From: a virus | Strand: one strand, 5' to 3' | Length of the DNA: 29,131 nucleotides | Virus record (IMG/VR): IMGVR_UViG_3300028029_000004 | Coordinates: 1-29,131 of that record | Part shown: in pieces, positions 17,557-25,501 of the stretch | Numbering within the stretch: position 1 is the stretch's first letter | How the letters are laid out: every line of letters starts with the position of its first letter | Made by a program: the position numbers and the translations under genes | Notes under the pieces: model-generated | Told to the model about the DNA's origin: nothing | Databases searched by the model: none | The model's input: the letters and a program-made list of their open reading frames with translations, nothing else

Positions 17557-20021
17557 TGGCAACTATATTGCCGGCGCGTAGAATGTATCAGATAGAGTAT
17601 GATTATGGTCTGTGGTGGGAGCAGGCCGGTGGAGGCTCTATATACCCAAATTCTGATATTCTGTTGGTATCTTCTACTGGAGACCAGACTACGCCCACTG
17701 AATACGCTCGTAGCGCGATACAGTTTAAGACAAATGTTCCAACGTGGAGCACGGTTGGTTCTTTGACGGAGCTTAATGCAGTGTTATGGCTGTACTTAGA
17801 AGCTTATGGCTATTCTGGAGGCATAGGTAACATACAAATAGCTCCTATTACTGCTGCATGGAACATGTCGAGTTCTCAAGTAACGATGAGGTCTATTGCT
17901 ACCGGAGCATATTCTGGAGCCATAGCTCCTAGTCCTAACCAGGAGCGTGGCTGGGTGGGCTTCGACTTGGGGACGAATTCGTCCCTACTCCGAAGTACTC
18001 ACGGCATATGTATAAAGATCAATACCACTCTTGCTGGGCCAAGCTCTTTCAAGTTTTCTCGCGTTCCGGTTCCGGTAGGACGGGCATACTTGGCTATAAA
18101 TGTGTTAAATGCAATAAACGTTGATGCTGTGGATAGAGCCTCGTTAGATAGTAGTCTCCTGGAGGCTATGAAGAGCTCGTCTCCGACGTACTCTTTAAGC
18201 GCACGGGTGAAACAAGAACCAATAGTTCCTTCTCGTTCAGATATACCAGTAACATTGGGGCGTGACCTCCAATTCAACAGGAACGTTCCTTTCCCTGAAA
18301 CGTGGCGGATGTCAGTTCCATCGTTGGGGAATCTATCTTTTTCTTTAGACGTAGACTTGTTGCCTTACAGGGGGTCTATTTTAGAGACATCCTTGAAGGT
18401 ACGATCAGGTCAAAAAGCTCCAGTTGTGATCGCAAAACAAAACGTTATTTTAGGGGAGGTCGATAGCACATTTTCACAACAGGAGGTTGTTACGGCAGAC
18501 CCGCTGAAGGAAATGTTATCCATGGTTCCTTATAGAAGAGATCCTATCCTGGGGATGGAAAACGTCCAGATTGATACAGAATCTCGACTATACGCTATGT
18601 TGGCGGTAATGATCAATGGAGCAGGTATAGGCTGGGAGCGTATAAGGCAAAAAGATTTATATTGGCTTATGTTAAGATTTGGTTCTATCTGGGATAGAAT
18701 ATCTAAAACTGCCGCAGATATGCGGAGTTATACAATCGACAATTTTGTGCAAGAGATTGGAGCACAGTACGCGATAGCAATATCTCGTGGCAATGATGAT
18801 TCCATTTCTATTTGGCACCCTGCAGTCTATCGTCCATCACTCAGAGTGTGGGAGATAAACGACACTGAAATTGCCAACGTGCATTACAAGAGGAAAGACG
18901 GACAAGATACTTATGACATCGTAAAGATTCAGACTACTCCGGTATCTTTAGAGGATGAATTTCCTACCCGCCTTGATTCTCGTGATAACATATATTCTTT
19001 GAGTTCTCTTGGAGGATGCTTTAATTCCTATCAAGCAGCGAGAGCGTCTTTGGGAAAGCAATTAGCTCAACGTTTAACGTGTCCTTATTACACTTATGAA
19101 TTTACCGCGGGTCCCGTTGCTGCTGCGTGGGAGGTGGGCGATAAGCTTAAAATAACGTCTAAGTCTAACTCTTTTTCAAACAAAGTATTCACTATTATTA
19201 GAATATCCGGGAAAAGTGTTGATGGTAAATATAAGATACAGGCTGTCCACTGGCCGCAATCTCCAGGGTACCAGAGTACGTGGCAAGATACAGGCTTAAA
19301 AGGTATCTGGCGTTTCTGGAAGTGGGATACGTGGGCGAAAACGGGGGCGAATCAATCTCCAATCGGTAACGCCGGCAGCATGACCGTTACTACATTTAGT
19401 GATATCTTACACCTGGACTGGCGAGGTGTGGTGGGAAACGCGGATATAACGGCTCCTGCTACGTTTGCACCCGACAATGGCGGAGGGTCTTCGAAATATG
19501 ACTTGGTTGATTTTATACTGACCTTGATAGGAGAACAGGCATCTGATCCAACTTATGGAGCTGGTGACCCCGCGTGGACGAACATACTAAGATTCGAGGA
19601 CAGTGCTAGTAACAAGGCTGTGTATTGCGGTATACACAGGGTGTCAGCCCCGAAACCAACAGGTACGTATTATTCTTCATGCGACCTGAGGTTCTTCTTG
19701 GGATACACAGCGAACAAGACCACGAATCCTATCGTGTGGTCTTCTAAAGTAGAATCTCCTCCCGGGTTCGGAAATTTTACTAATCCCTGGACGTACGGAA
19801 TTGCTATTCAGTGGCATAATAATACTGTTCGGCTGTACGTTAATCAGGCGTTGATGGGAGCGATTACTGTAGCTGGTACGAATTACAATACAGTAAAGCT
19901 TATCACGCCTGTTGGGACAGAGCATAAAGTTGGTTGTCTTAGGTGGTTACAGAATCAAGACGATTGGTTCAGTCCTTCTCAGTGCGTTGGTGCGATAGGT
20001 CATGACAATTATTATCCTTAG
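17556..20021 (+). CDS. Tail hub / host-specificity protein (gpJ/Tal-like) with a C-terminal lectin-like domain
   Basis: TAATG junction. 821 aa. Segment YTYEFTAGPVAAAWEVGDKLKITSKSNSFSNKVFTIIRISGKSVDGKYKIQAV resembles the phage tail-3 domain of J-like proteins. C-terminal motif WTYGIAIQWHNNTVRLYVNQ is LamG-like. Confidence 0.6.
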   Translation: MATILPARRMYQIEYDYGLWWEQAGGGSIYPNSDILLVSSTGDQTTPTEYARSAIQFKTNVPTWSTVGSLTELNAVLWLYLEAYGYSGGIGNIQIAPITAAWNMSSSQVTMRSIATGAYSGAIAPSPNQERGWVGFDLGTNSSLLRSTHGICIKINTTLAGPSSFKFSRVPVPVGRAYLAINVLNAINVDAVDRASLDSSLLEAMKSSSPTYSLSARVKQEPIVPSRSDIPVTLGRDLQFNRNVPFPETWRMSVPSLGNLSFSLDVDLLPYRGSILETSLKVRSGQKAPVVIAKQNVILGEVDSTFSQQEVVTADPLKEMLSMVPYRRDPILGMENVQIDTESRLYAMLAVMINGAGIGWERIRQKDLYWLMLRFGSIWDRISKTAADMRSYTIDNFVQEIGAQYAIAISRGNDDSISIWHPAVYRPSLRVWEINDTEIANVHYKRKDGQDTYDIVKIQTTPVSLEDEFPTRLDSRDNIYSLSSLGGCFNSYQAARASLGKQLAQRLTCPYYTYEFTAGPVAAAWEVGDKLKITSKSNSFSNKVFTIIRISGKSVDGKYKIQAVHWPQSPGYQSTWQDTGLKGIWRFWKWDTWAKTGANQSPIGNAGSMTVTTFSDILHLDWRGVVGNADITAPATFAPDNGGGSSKYDLVDFILTLIGEQASDPTYGAGDPAWTNILRFEDSASNKAVYCGIHRVSAPKPTGTYYSSCDLRFFLGYTANKTTNPIVWSSKVESPPGFGNFTNPWTYGIAIQWHNNTVRLYVNQALMGAITVAGTNYNTVKLITPVGTEHKVGCLRWLQNQDDWFSPSQCVGAIGHDNYYP

Positions 20022-20035
20022 AGAGAGGAAGAAAA

Positions 20036-20404
20036 ATGCAGAATATAAAAATGCTTCATCTTAATAACTCTGGAGAGGCTGTAATCGCTAATGGTGCGAG
20101 CCTTTCCGGTGAGATTGATGTCAGGGGGTTTAGCCATCTATGGGTCAGAATGCCAGCGGCTTGGACTGCTGCAGATATAGCCCTGCACACATCTGAAGAG
20201 TCTGGCGGTACGTTCAGTTTGCTTCGGGATAATGCTGCATCTGCTGTAATTATAGACGGATGTAGTACGAATGATTCCTACGTTGGGATCAATATGCTGG
20301 TTGGATTAAGATATGTGAAGCTCGCATCTGTCAGCGCGGCAGACCCCGCTGTTGCTGTTAATCAAGCTGCAGCTAGAACGATTCAGTACGCCATGGAAGT
20401 GTAA
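20036..20404 (+). CDS. Hypothetical tail-associated protein (122 aa)
   Basis: GAGAGGAAG SD. ORF lies between the hub and fibre genes. Confidence 0.5.
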   Translation: MQNIKMLHLNNSGEAVIANGASLSGEIDVRGFSHLWVRMPAAWTAADIALHTSEESGGTFSLLRDNAASAVIIDGCSTNDSYVGINMLVGLRYVKLASVSAADPAVAVNQAAARTIQYAMEV

Positions 20405-20432
20405 GAAATTGGCTAAAGTTATTTCAGCCGTA

Positions 20433-22481
20433 ATGGGGAACTCCCCTGCAAACGTGATTGCTACTCTGCAAGCGGGAGGAAATCTTCCTGTAGGGGTGAC
20501 ATATTACTACCGTGTTGCCCGGTGCGGACCGCATTACAATTACTACGGCAACGATAACTCTCTATGGTGGAGATCAGTTCCCTCTGTAGAGGTATCGGCT
20601 ACTACAGACGCTACTCACAGGACGATTCGTATTGCCTGGGATGATGATGGTGGGGAGGACTACCATACGTTCTATATATGGCGTGTTCGGACTGCCGGCA
20701 ATTACTCCTATTATGATAGAAGGACCGATGTTTTAACACACAACTTCATTCAGATCGGCAGTCACAGTATAGGAGGTTTGAGAGGTTATGAAATGCCCGT
20801 TTCTGGGGGCAGATTCTATATAGATGATGCAGGGCAATATACTGAAGTATGTTATCCTATTCACGAATATGGCGTCCCAAACATCGTTTTGTCTGGCGGA
20901 GATGCTTCTGACCCTTTAACTCTTTACGATGTTGTAGACTGGATGCAGGATAACGGTTGGGGAAACAACGTTCAGACGGTGGATTATTATACAGGTAACA
21001 ATCTTCCTGTAGTGATTTATATGACTGCAACGTTGAGAAACAACGGTGATCTGTACTTCAAGATCCCTAAACGGGTTCATTTCATCCAGCAATACGGCAA
21101 AATCTTCTTTTATGGAGGCGATACGACCTTCCAGATGGGAGAGCGTCCCGACCCGTCTAAAGATTGGACTGAGAACGGGTGTATCTGGCAGTGTATGTCC
21201 TCGGGAGCGTCTTACAGCGGTACTTACGGCAATTTCCTGATGTATGATTCTATTATGTGGGGACAACCAGCCTCGTTCCGACCAGATTTCCACATGTTTA
21301 GGATGTATCTTGGGCCTGCTTTTCACATGTACAATCAGTCTGGTTTTAAGTGTGAAATTTTGAACAGTATTTATATTCCTGGAGAGGTCGGAAGTCGTGG
21401 AAGATTGGCTCCCGTCTCGGCTCTCATGCGTAATTCAATGTTGGATATTTATAGTGCTGAGTTCGGAGTTCCGTTCGCAACGTTCGAGAATATTCAAGGC
21501 CCGGGATACCTGCTGGGCAAATTTGCAACGCAAGCCTGTAGGACTGACGAGTATCAAAATATGGGAAAGTCATCATACGATGTCGTCTGCCTCTCTGGCA
21601 GACGGGATTCCGAGGTTGGGTTCTATCATATCAACTATCGATGCAACGCGGAGCCGTACATGGTTTTACGTTACTATCCTTACCTAGCAGACACGCAGCC
21701 TTATCATATTGCCAGAATGTGTAAACTGAGTGTCAAGGTAGTGGACGAGACTGGTGATCCTATTGCTGGAGCAACCTTGAAAGTTTACGATAAGAACGGG
21801 AAAGACAGAACATACCTGTTCTCAAGCACCTTGAACGCGAACATAATGAGCAAGACAGAGACACAGTTACAAGTGCAATCCGCTGCTATATCAGAGTTCG
21901 CGGTCGGTGATATCGTCCGGATCAACGAAGAAGATATGCTGATAACCGGAATATCTGACCCTTTCCTGACCGTAGAACGCGGTTACAATGGGACAGCGCC
22001 TGCAAAGTATTATGGTACCAGTAGCCCTGTAGATGGGTTATACGTGTTCAAACCTATGAAGAACGTATCGGATGCAGACGGGTTATTTCCAGAGATTCCT
22101 GTGGTGTTTGCTTTTCATCGGACTCCGGTTCCTACCAGAAACGGCCCATGGACGACATATACATTTACGGACGCTGATTCTATATCTCCTCATACAATCG
22201 TAATAGAGCGTGATGGGTACAGAACTTACACCTCGATACTGACAATAGACGGAAACCAGGGGCCTATCGATGAAGTTATAGCTATGGTGCCAAAATCAGA
22301 GTACATAACAACTGCTCCTCTGGAAGTTTCGATGGACAATCCTGATATCGAAGTAGAGGTGGGTTTACCGGAAATACTGGTTATGACTGACATTCCGTCG
22401 GTTGACGTTGTGATTAAAAAGACAGATATTGAAGTCACGGTGGAAGGGCCGGGCATAGACGTGGAGGTTGATTGTGGCTAG
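20433..22481 (+). CDS. Tail fibre / receptor-binding protein (putative)
   Basis: 682 aa. Contains a carboxypeptidase-regulatory-like beta-sandwich motif KLSVKVVDETGDPIAGATLKVYDKNGKD. The C-terminus has four short DIEV-type repeats. The start is either ATG 20433 or TTG 20409; the ORF-track start at 20352 overlaps the upstream gene. Confidence 0.55.
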   Translation: MGNSPANVIATLQAGGNLPVGVTYYYRVARCGPHYNYYGNDNSLWWRSVPSVEVSATTDATHRTIRIAWDDDGGEDYHTFYIWRVRTAGNYSYYDRRTDVLTHNFIQIGSHSIGGLRGYEMPVSGGRFYIDDAGQYTEVCYPIHEYGVPNIVLSGGDASDPLTLYDVVDWMQDNGWGNNVQTVDYYTGNNLPVVIYMTATLRNNGDLYFKIPKRVHFIQQYGKIFFYGGDTTFQMGERPDPSKDWTENGCIWQCMSSGASYSGTYGNFLMYDSIMWGQPASFRPDFHMFRMYLGPAFHMYNQSGFKCEILNSIYIPGEVGSRGRLAPVSALMRNSMLDIYSAEFGVPFATFENIQGPGYLLGKFATQACRTDEYQNMGKSSYDVVCLSGRRDSEVGFYHINYRCNAEPYMVLRYYPYLADTQPYHIARMCKLSVKVVDETGDPIAGATLKVYDKNGKDRTYLFSSTLNANIMSKTETQLQVQSAAISEFAVGDIVRINEEDMLITGISDPFLTVERGYNGTAPAKYYGTSSPVDGLYVFKPMKNVSDADGLFPEIPVVFAFHRTPVPTRNGPWTTYTFTDADSISPHTIVIERDGYRTYTSILTIDGNQGPIDEVIAMVPKSEYITTAPLEVSMDNPDIEVEVGLPEILVMTDIPSVDVVIKKTDIEVTVEGPGIDVEVDCG

Positions 22482-22794
22482 TTTAACTCTTAATAGGCAC
22501 GACAAAGGGTTTGACATTAATTTCGCAGTGAAAGATTCGGACGGGAACGCTTACGATTTGACTGCTCATACTATAGAATTTCACATTTCAGACGAGAATT
22601 ACGTTACAAAGCTAAGTAAGGCGTGTGTCATCACAGACGCAGCGCAGGGGTTGTGTAAGTACACGCTTGGTAACGACGATTTGGATTTGGAGCCTGGAGA
22701 TTATCTTGGAGAGTTAGAATTAACAACCGCAGGCGGACTCCGGATAACGAATGTTAGCAAGATAAGTATAAAACTGGTTGAAGAATGCGGTTAA
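22474..22794 (+). CDS. Small Ig/BppU-N-like tail accessory protein (106 aa)
   Basis: GGAGG 6 nt before GTG 22474. Pattern FDINFAVKDSDGNAYDLTAHTIEFHI....ITDAAQGLCKYTLGNDDLDLEPGDYLGELEL is typical of phage Ig-like baseplate/fibre accessory domains. Confidence 0.5.
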   Translation: MASLTLNRHDKGFDINFAVKDSDGNAYDLTAHTIEFHISDENYVTKLSKACVITDAAQGLCKYTLGNDDLDLEPGDYLGELELTTAGGLRITNVSKISIKLVEECG

Positions 22795-22812
22795 TAACAA
22801 CAGGAGGCTATT

Positions 22813-22962
22813 ATGACATTATGGAAATGTGATTGTTGTGGGCACGTATGGGAAGAGCCGGATGGCTACGTTCCGGACGAGTGCCCTAACTGTTCCGGGT
22901 GCGATAAAATACCCCACCTTCACGACGACGACCCTAAACTCCACCCAAGACCGAAGACTTAA
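22813..22962 (+). CDS. Zinc-ribbon (rubredoxin-like) micro-protein, 49 aa (not in ORF track)
   Basis: AGGAGG at 22802-22807, 5 nt before ATG 22813. Translation MTLWKCDCCGHVWEEPDGYVPDECPNCSGCDKIPHLHDDDPKLHPRPKT has two CxxC knuckles. Stop TAA 22960-22962. Confidence 0.65.
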   Translation: MTLWKCDCCGHVWEEPDGYVPDECPNCSGCDKIPHLHDDDPKLHPRPKT

Positions 22963-22963
22963 C

Positions 22964-23266
22964 ATGTTTAGGTGGATAAGACAGCACCCTAAACTCACGA
23001 TACTCACACTATCCTTATGCGTTCCGGCTGTGTATGGCAGCATTACGTGGATATCGGGTGTTGATAGGGTGATAGATGATTTTCCCGTAACCAGACAGGA
23101 TGTGACTGAGGTTATGGTCGATAACGCTCGGTTGGAAACAGAGGTAGATGCTTGCCAAAGCAGGATATATGACCTTGAAAAACATCAGATAGAATTGTTA
23201 CAGGCGATACCCCGAATTGATGCCAACCTGGAGTGGATCAGGCAGGCGCTGGAAGAAGGTAAATGA
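22964..23266 (+). CDS. Membrane-anchored coiled-coil protein (100 aa), possibly a lysis accessory (i-spanin- or holin-like)
   Basis: ATG lies 1 nt after the zinc-ribbon stop. N-terminal transmembrane segment LTILTLSLCVPAVYGSITWI is followed by the heptad-like stretch ARLETEVDACQSRIYDLEKHQIELLQ. The ORF-track start at 22829 runs across the SD-led zinc-ribbon ORF. Confidence 0.5.
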   Translation: MFRWIRQHPKLTILTLSLCVPAVYGSITWISGVDRVIDDFPVTRQDVTEVMVDNARLETEVDACQSRIYDLEKHQIELLQAIPRIDANLEWIRQALEEGK

Positions 23267-23421
23267 CAATGAAGGACAAGCTGGTGTGGTACCTGAAACA
23301 ACTGCTCCCGCTGAAATACTACTCTGAGTACAAGCTCAACGGTGTACCTTACACATGCCGCTGGCGCATGTGGTTCGGGCGCTGCTTTCAAATCGATGAA
23401 AGACTGGTGGTGTTCGAATGA
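23263..23421 (+). CDS. Hypothetical 52-aa protein with an LLPLKYY...WRMWFGRCF motif (not in ORF track)
   Basis: ATGA overlap with the upstream stop and a GAAGG SD. Translation MTMKDKLVWYLKQLLPLKYYSEYKLNGVPYTCRWRMWFGRCFQIDERLVVFE. Confidence 0.5.
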   Translation: MTMKDKLVWYLKQLLPLKYYSEYKLNGVPYTCRWRMWFGRCFQIDERLVVFE

Positions 23422-23585
23422 CCTGGAACATGAGAAGCAAGCGGTTTCTGATGGCGCTGATGGTGTTTGCCGTGTGGGTGGCTACCCTGATCCTGGACAA
23501 AGACCTCTTCCGCTGGCTGACTCCATACGCGCTGGGGGCAGTGGCTGCGTGGATGGGGTGGGATTCATGGAAGCCACACACATAA
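23418..23585 (+). CDS. Two-transmembrane-helix 55-aa protein, holin/pinholin candidate (not in ORF track)
   Basis: ATGA overlap. Translation MTWNMRSKRFLMALMVFAVWVATLILDKDLFRWLTPYALGAVAAWMGWDSWKPHT. Stop TAA 23583-23585. Confidence 0.5.
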   Translation: MTWNMRSKRFLMALMVFAVWVATLILDKDLFRWLTPYALGAVAAWMGWDSWKPHT

Positions 23586-23590
23586 AAAAA

Positions 23591-23607
23591 CCCTGCATGG
23601 TGCAGGG
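23591..23607. terminator. Stem-loop CCCTGCA-tgg-TGCAGGG preceded by A7. It is a canonical intrinsic terminator only when read on the minus strand.
   Basis: Perfect 7-bp stem. A-run at 23584-23590 upstream and no T-run downstream on the + strand. Confidence 0.45.
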
Positions 23608-23646
23608 ATACCCGAGAGGGTGATTTACTCTTGAAAGGAGTAACAG

Positions 23647-24258
23647 ATGAAAACTTATAGTAACAGGAAACTATCCAAACTGGTCAGGATATTGATCGAT
23701 GGTACTCAGATCATCTCAGGGGCCAGACAGAACTCTGATAATGTAGGCACGGTAGGGGCTACCACTGTAGCTGCTACTGAATATGGTGACGGCATGCACC
23801 ACGTCACTGTGCTTACATTGACAGACTTCGTCGTAGGGGCTCCAGGGGCTGGAGCAAATAAGGCTTTCGGAGCAAAGGTATACTCTTTCCCGGCAGGAGT
23901 CCATGCTCACCAGATTACCAGGTTTAACTTGGGTCTGACTCAAGGCGGAGTAACTACGGACACGCCTGACGTTGGTATTGGGTCTGTCGTGGGTACCGGG
24001 GCCGTTGCCGTTCTTGGCGGAACCGCTACTTTCGAGGATTACGTTACAGGACAGACATGGGGTGTAGCCCTAGACGGTACTCTGCAGGCTTGTGCGCCAC
24101 TTGGAGCCACTGCGGGTATTAATACAGGCATTTCTCTTAATGACACCTCAGATGTCAAAGATGTGTTCTTAAACGTTGCTGATGGTTGGAATGCCGGGGT
24201 AACCGGTAACCTTACAGCCAACGGCACAATAGTACTAATCTGGGACACGGTGGTATAA
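23647..24258 (+). CDS. Hypothetical Gly/Thr/Val/Ala-rich beta protein (203 aa)
   Basis: AAGGAG SD. No transmembrane segment or catalytic motif recognised. Confidence 0.55.
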   Translation: MKTYSNRKLSKLVRILIDGTQIISGARQNSDNVGTVGATTVAATEYGDGMHHVTVLTLTDFVVGAPGAGANKAFGAKVYSFPAGVHAHQITRFNLGLTQGGVTTDTPDVGIGSVVGTGAVAVLGGTATFEDYVTGQTWGVALDGTLQACAPLGATAGINTGISLNDTSDVKDVFLNVADGWNAGVTGNLTANGTIVLIWDTVV

Positions 24259-24260
24259 CG

Positions 24261-24383
24261 ATGAATATTCGAAGATTGATTCAGTTGGAGAATCAGGTTG
24301 CTGAGAATACCAAGGTTCTTACAGAGATCAAGAGACAATTGGCTAAGAAGAAAAAAACCAGTAAGCCAAAGACCAAGAAGTAG
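24261..24383 (+). CDS. Basic coiled-coil micro-protein, 40 aa (not in ORF track)
   Basis: ATG lies 2 nt after the upstream stop. Translation MNIRRLIQLENQVAENTKVLTEIKRQLAKKKKTSKPKTKK. Confidence 0.4.
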   Translation: MNIRRLIQLENQVAENTKVLTEIKRQLAKKKKTSKPKTKK

Positions 24384-24400
24384 TTCTGGAGGGGGATAGT

Positions 24401-24841
24401 ATGTTTGATTTAGCCGAATACAGCGAACGATTAAGTGACAAACTGTCCCCCTCTACACGATTATCTGAGCATTTCAAAGCATCTGAGCTATCGTGTGCGT
24501 GTTGCGGGAGGGTATTTATCTCTCCAGTAGTGCTAGAAATGCTTGAAAGGCTGAGAGAGAAACTTGGTTGTGCGATATTGTTGAATCCTCGCGAGGGTAT
24601 GGGTAGTGGATATCGTTGTCCTGCTCATAACAGTGATATCAGGGGGGCTACTCATTCCAGACATTGCCTCGGATTAGCAGTAGACGTTCCATTACCCACC
24701 AAATACTTGCACCTTCCCGAAGAATTCGCATTTATAGTGGAGTCTGTGGCTAGACAAGTTAGGGGAGGCTTCCACTATTACCCCGAGAACCGTTTTGCAC
24801 ACATGGATGCCTGGGCATGGCCACCGAACAGAAGGTGGTAA
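24401..24841 (+). CDS. Endolysin, zinc peptidase M15 family (Peptidase_M15_3 / DUF882-like)
   Basis: GGAGGGGG SD. Motifs HFKASELSC, GSGYRCPAHNSDIRGATHSRHCLGLAVDV and AHMD are the H/D/H zinc-ligand pattern of M15 cell-wall peptidases. Confidence 0.85.
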   Translation: MFDLAEYSERLSDKLSPSTRLSEHFKASELSCACCGRVFISPVVLEMLERLREKLGCAILLNPREGMGSGYRCPAHNSDIRGATHSRHCLGLAVDVPLPTKYLHLPEEFAFIVESVARQVRGGFHYYPENRFAHMDAWAWPPNRRW

Positions 24842-24844
24842 AGT

Positions 24845-25501
24845 ATGTCTGTCAACTTATCATTCAAGATCAATATAGGAATAATTCTCTCAGTTGTGGC
24901 TGTAATCTTCATATTCATTCTAAGGCCGTTTTCCTGCCATTCTAGCCCATCTAATAAAAACTGGCACGTACTACACTCAGGATTAAAGAATCTGTCTTAC
25001 GCACAGGCCGAGCCTATAAATTTAGCGAAATTACATGATTTTACTCCGGAGATTAAGGATAACACCATATCTACCTCTATCACTGAAGGAATATGGACGC
25101 CCGATTCTGTGTATACTCCAGAAGACACTCTGATTGTTACCGCGTCTGGTATTACCCTGGCTGACAACACCCATTGGACACGCATAACCATAGATGGTAA
25201 GCCCGTGACCGTATTAAAAGCCGAATACTACAGCAGGAACATTCAAAGACGCTGGATCGTACTGGTAGAAACCACTAATAATGCCGGTATAGGTGCCGGG
25301 ATAGGTTATAACCTGTTTTCGCTTGCCGGTATTGACGCCGTGTCTGCTGTTTCCATCTCAATTCGTGGCAACTGGATAGCTCCGGAGGTTAGAATACAGC
25401 AGAATATCTGGAGCGGAATAGCAATAGGGGCTGGTATAGGGTATAGGTTCGGGGATTCAGAGGGTATTCACTTATCTGCAGGAGTTAGCCTGGAGATTTA
25501 G
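24845..25501 (+). CDS. Membrane protein with an N-terminal transmembrane anchor and a C-terminal OMP-like Gly-rich beta region (218 aa). Candidate non-canonical spanin/disruptin.
   Basis: GAAGGTGG SD. Transmembrane segment INIGIILSVVAVIFIFIL. The C-terminal ~90 aa have alternating hydrophobic residues and repeated GIGAGIGY motifs (NAGIGAGIGYNLF, GIAIGAGIGYRFGD). It follows the endolysin directly. Confidence 0.6.
   Translation: MSVNLSFKINIGIILSVVAVIFIFILRPFSCHSSPSNKNWHVLHSGLKNLSYAQAEPINLAKLHDFTPEIKDNTISTSITEGIWTPDSVYTPEDTLIVTASGITLADNTHWTRITIDGKPVTVLKAEYYSRNIQRRWIVLVETTNNAGIGAGIGYNLFSLAGIDAVSAVSISIRGNWIAPEVRIQQNIWSGIAIGAGIGYRFGDSEGIHLSAGVSLEI

Noticed and set aside
23336-23623. Track ORFs 23342-23623 (+) and 23336-23581 (-)
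   Set aside because: They lie in a locally GC-rich stretch where long spurious ORFs are expected. The two ATGA-coupled short ORFs in the other frames have SD-like sequences and clear hydrophobic helices.
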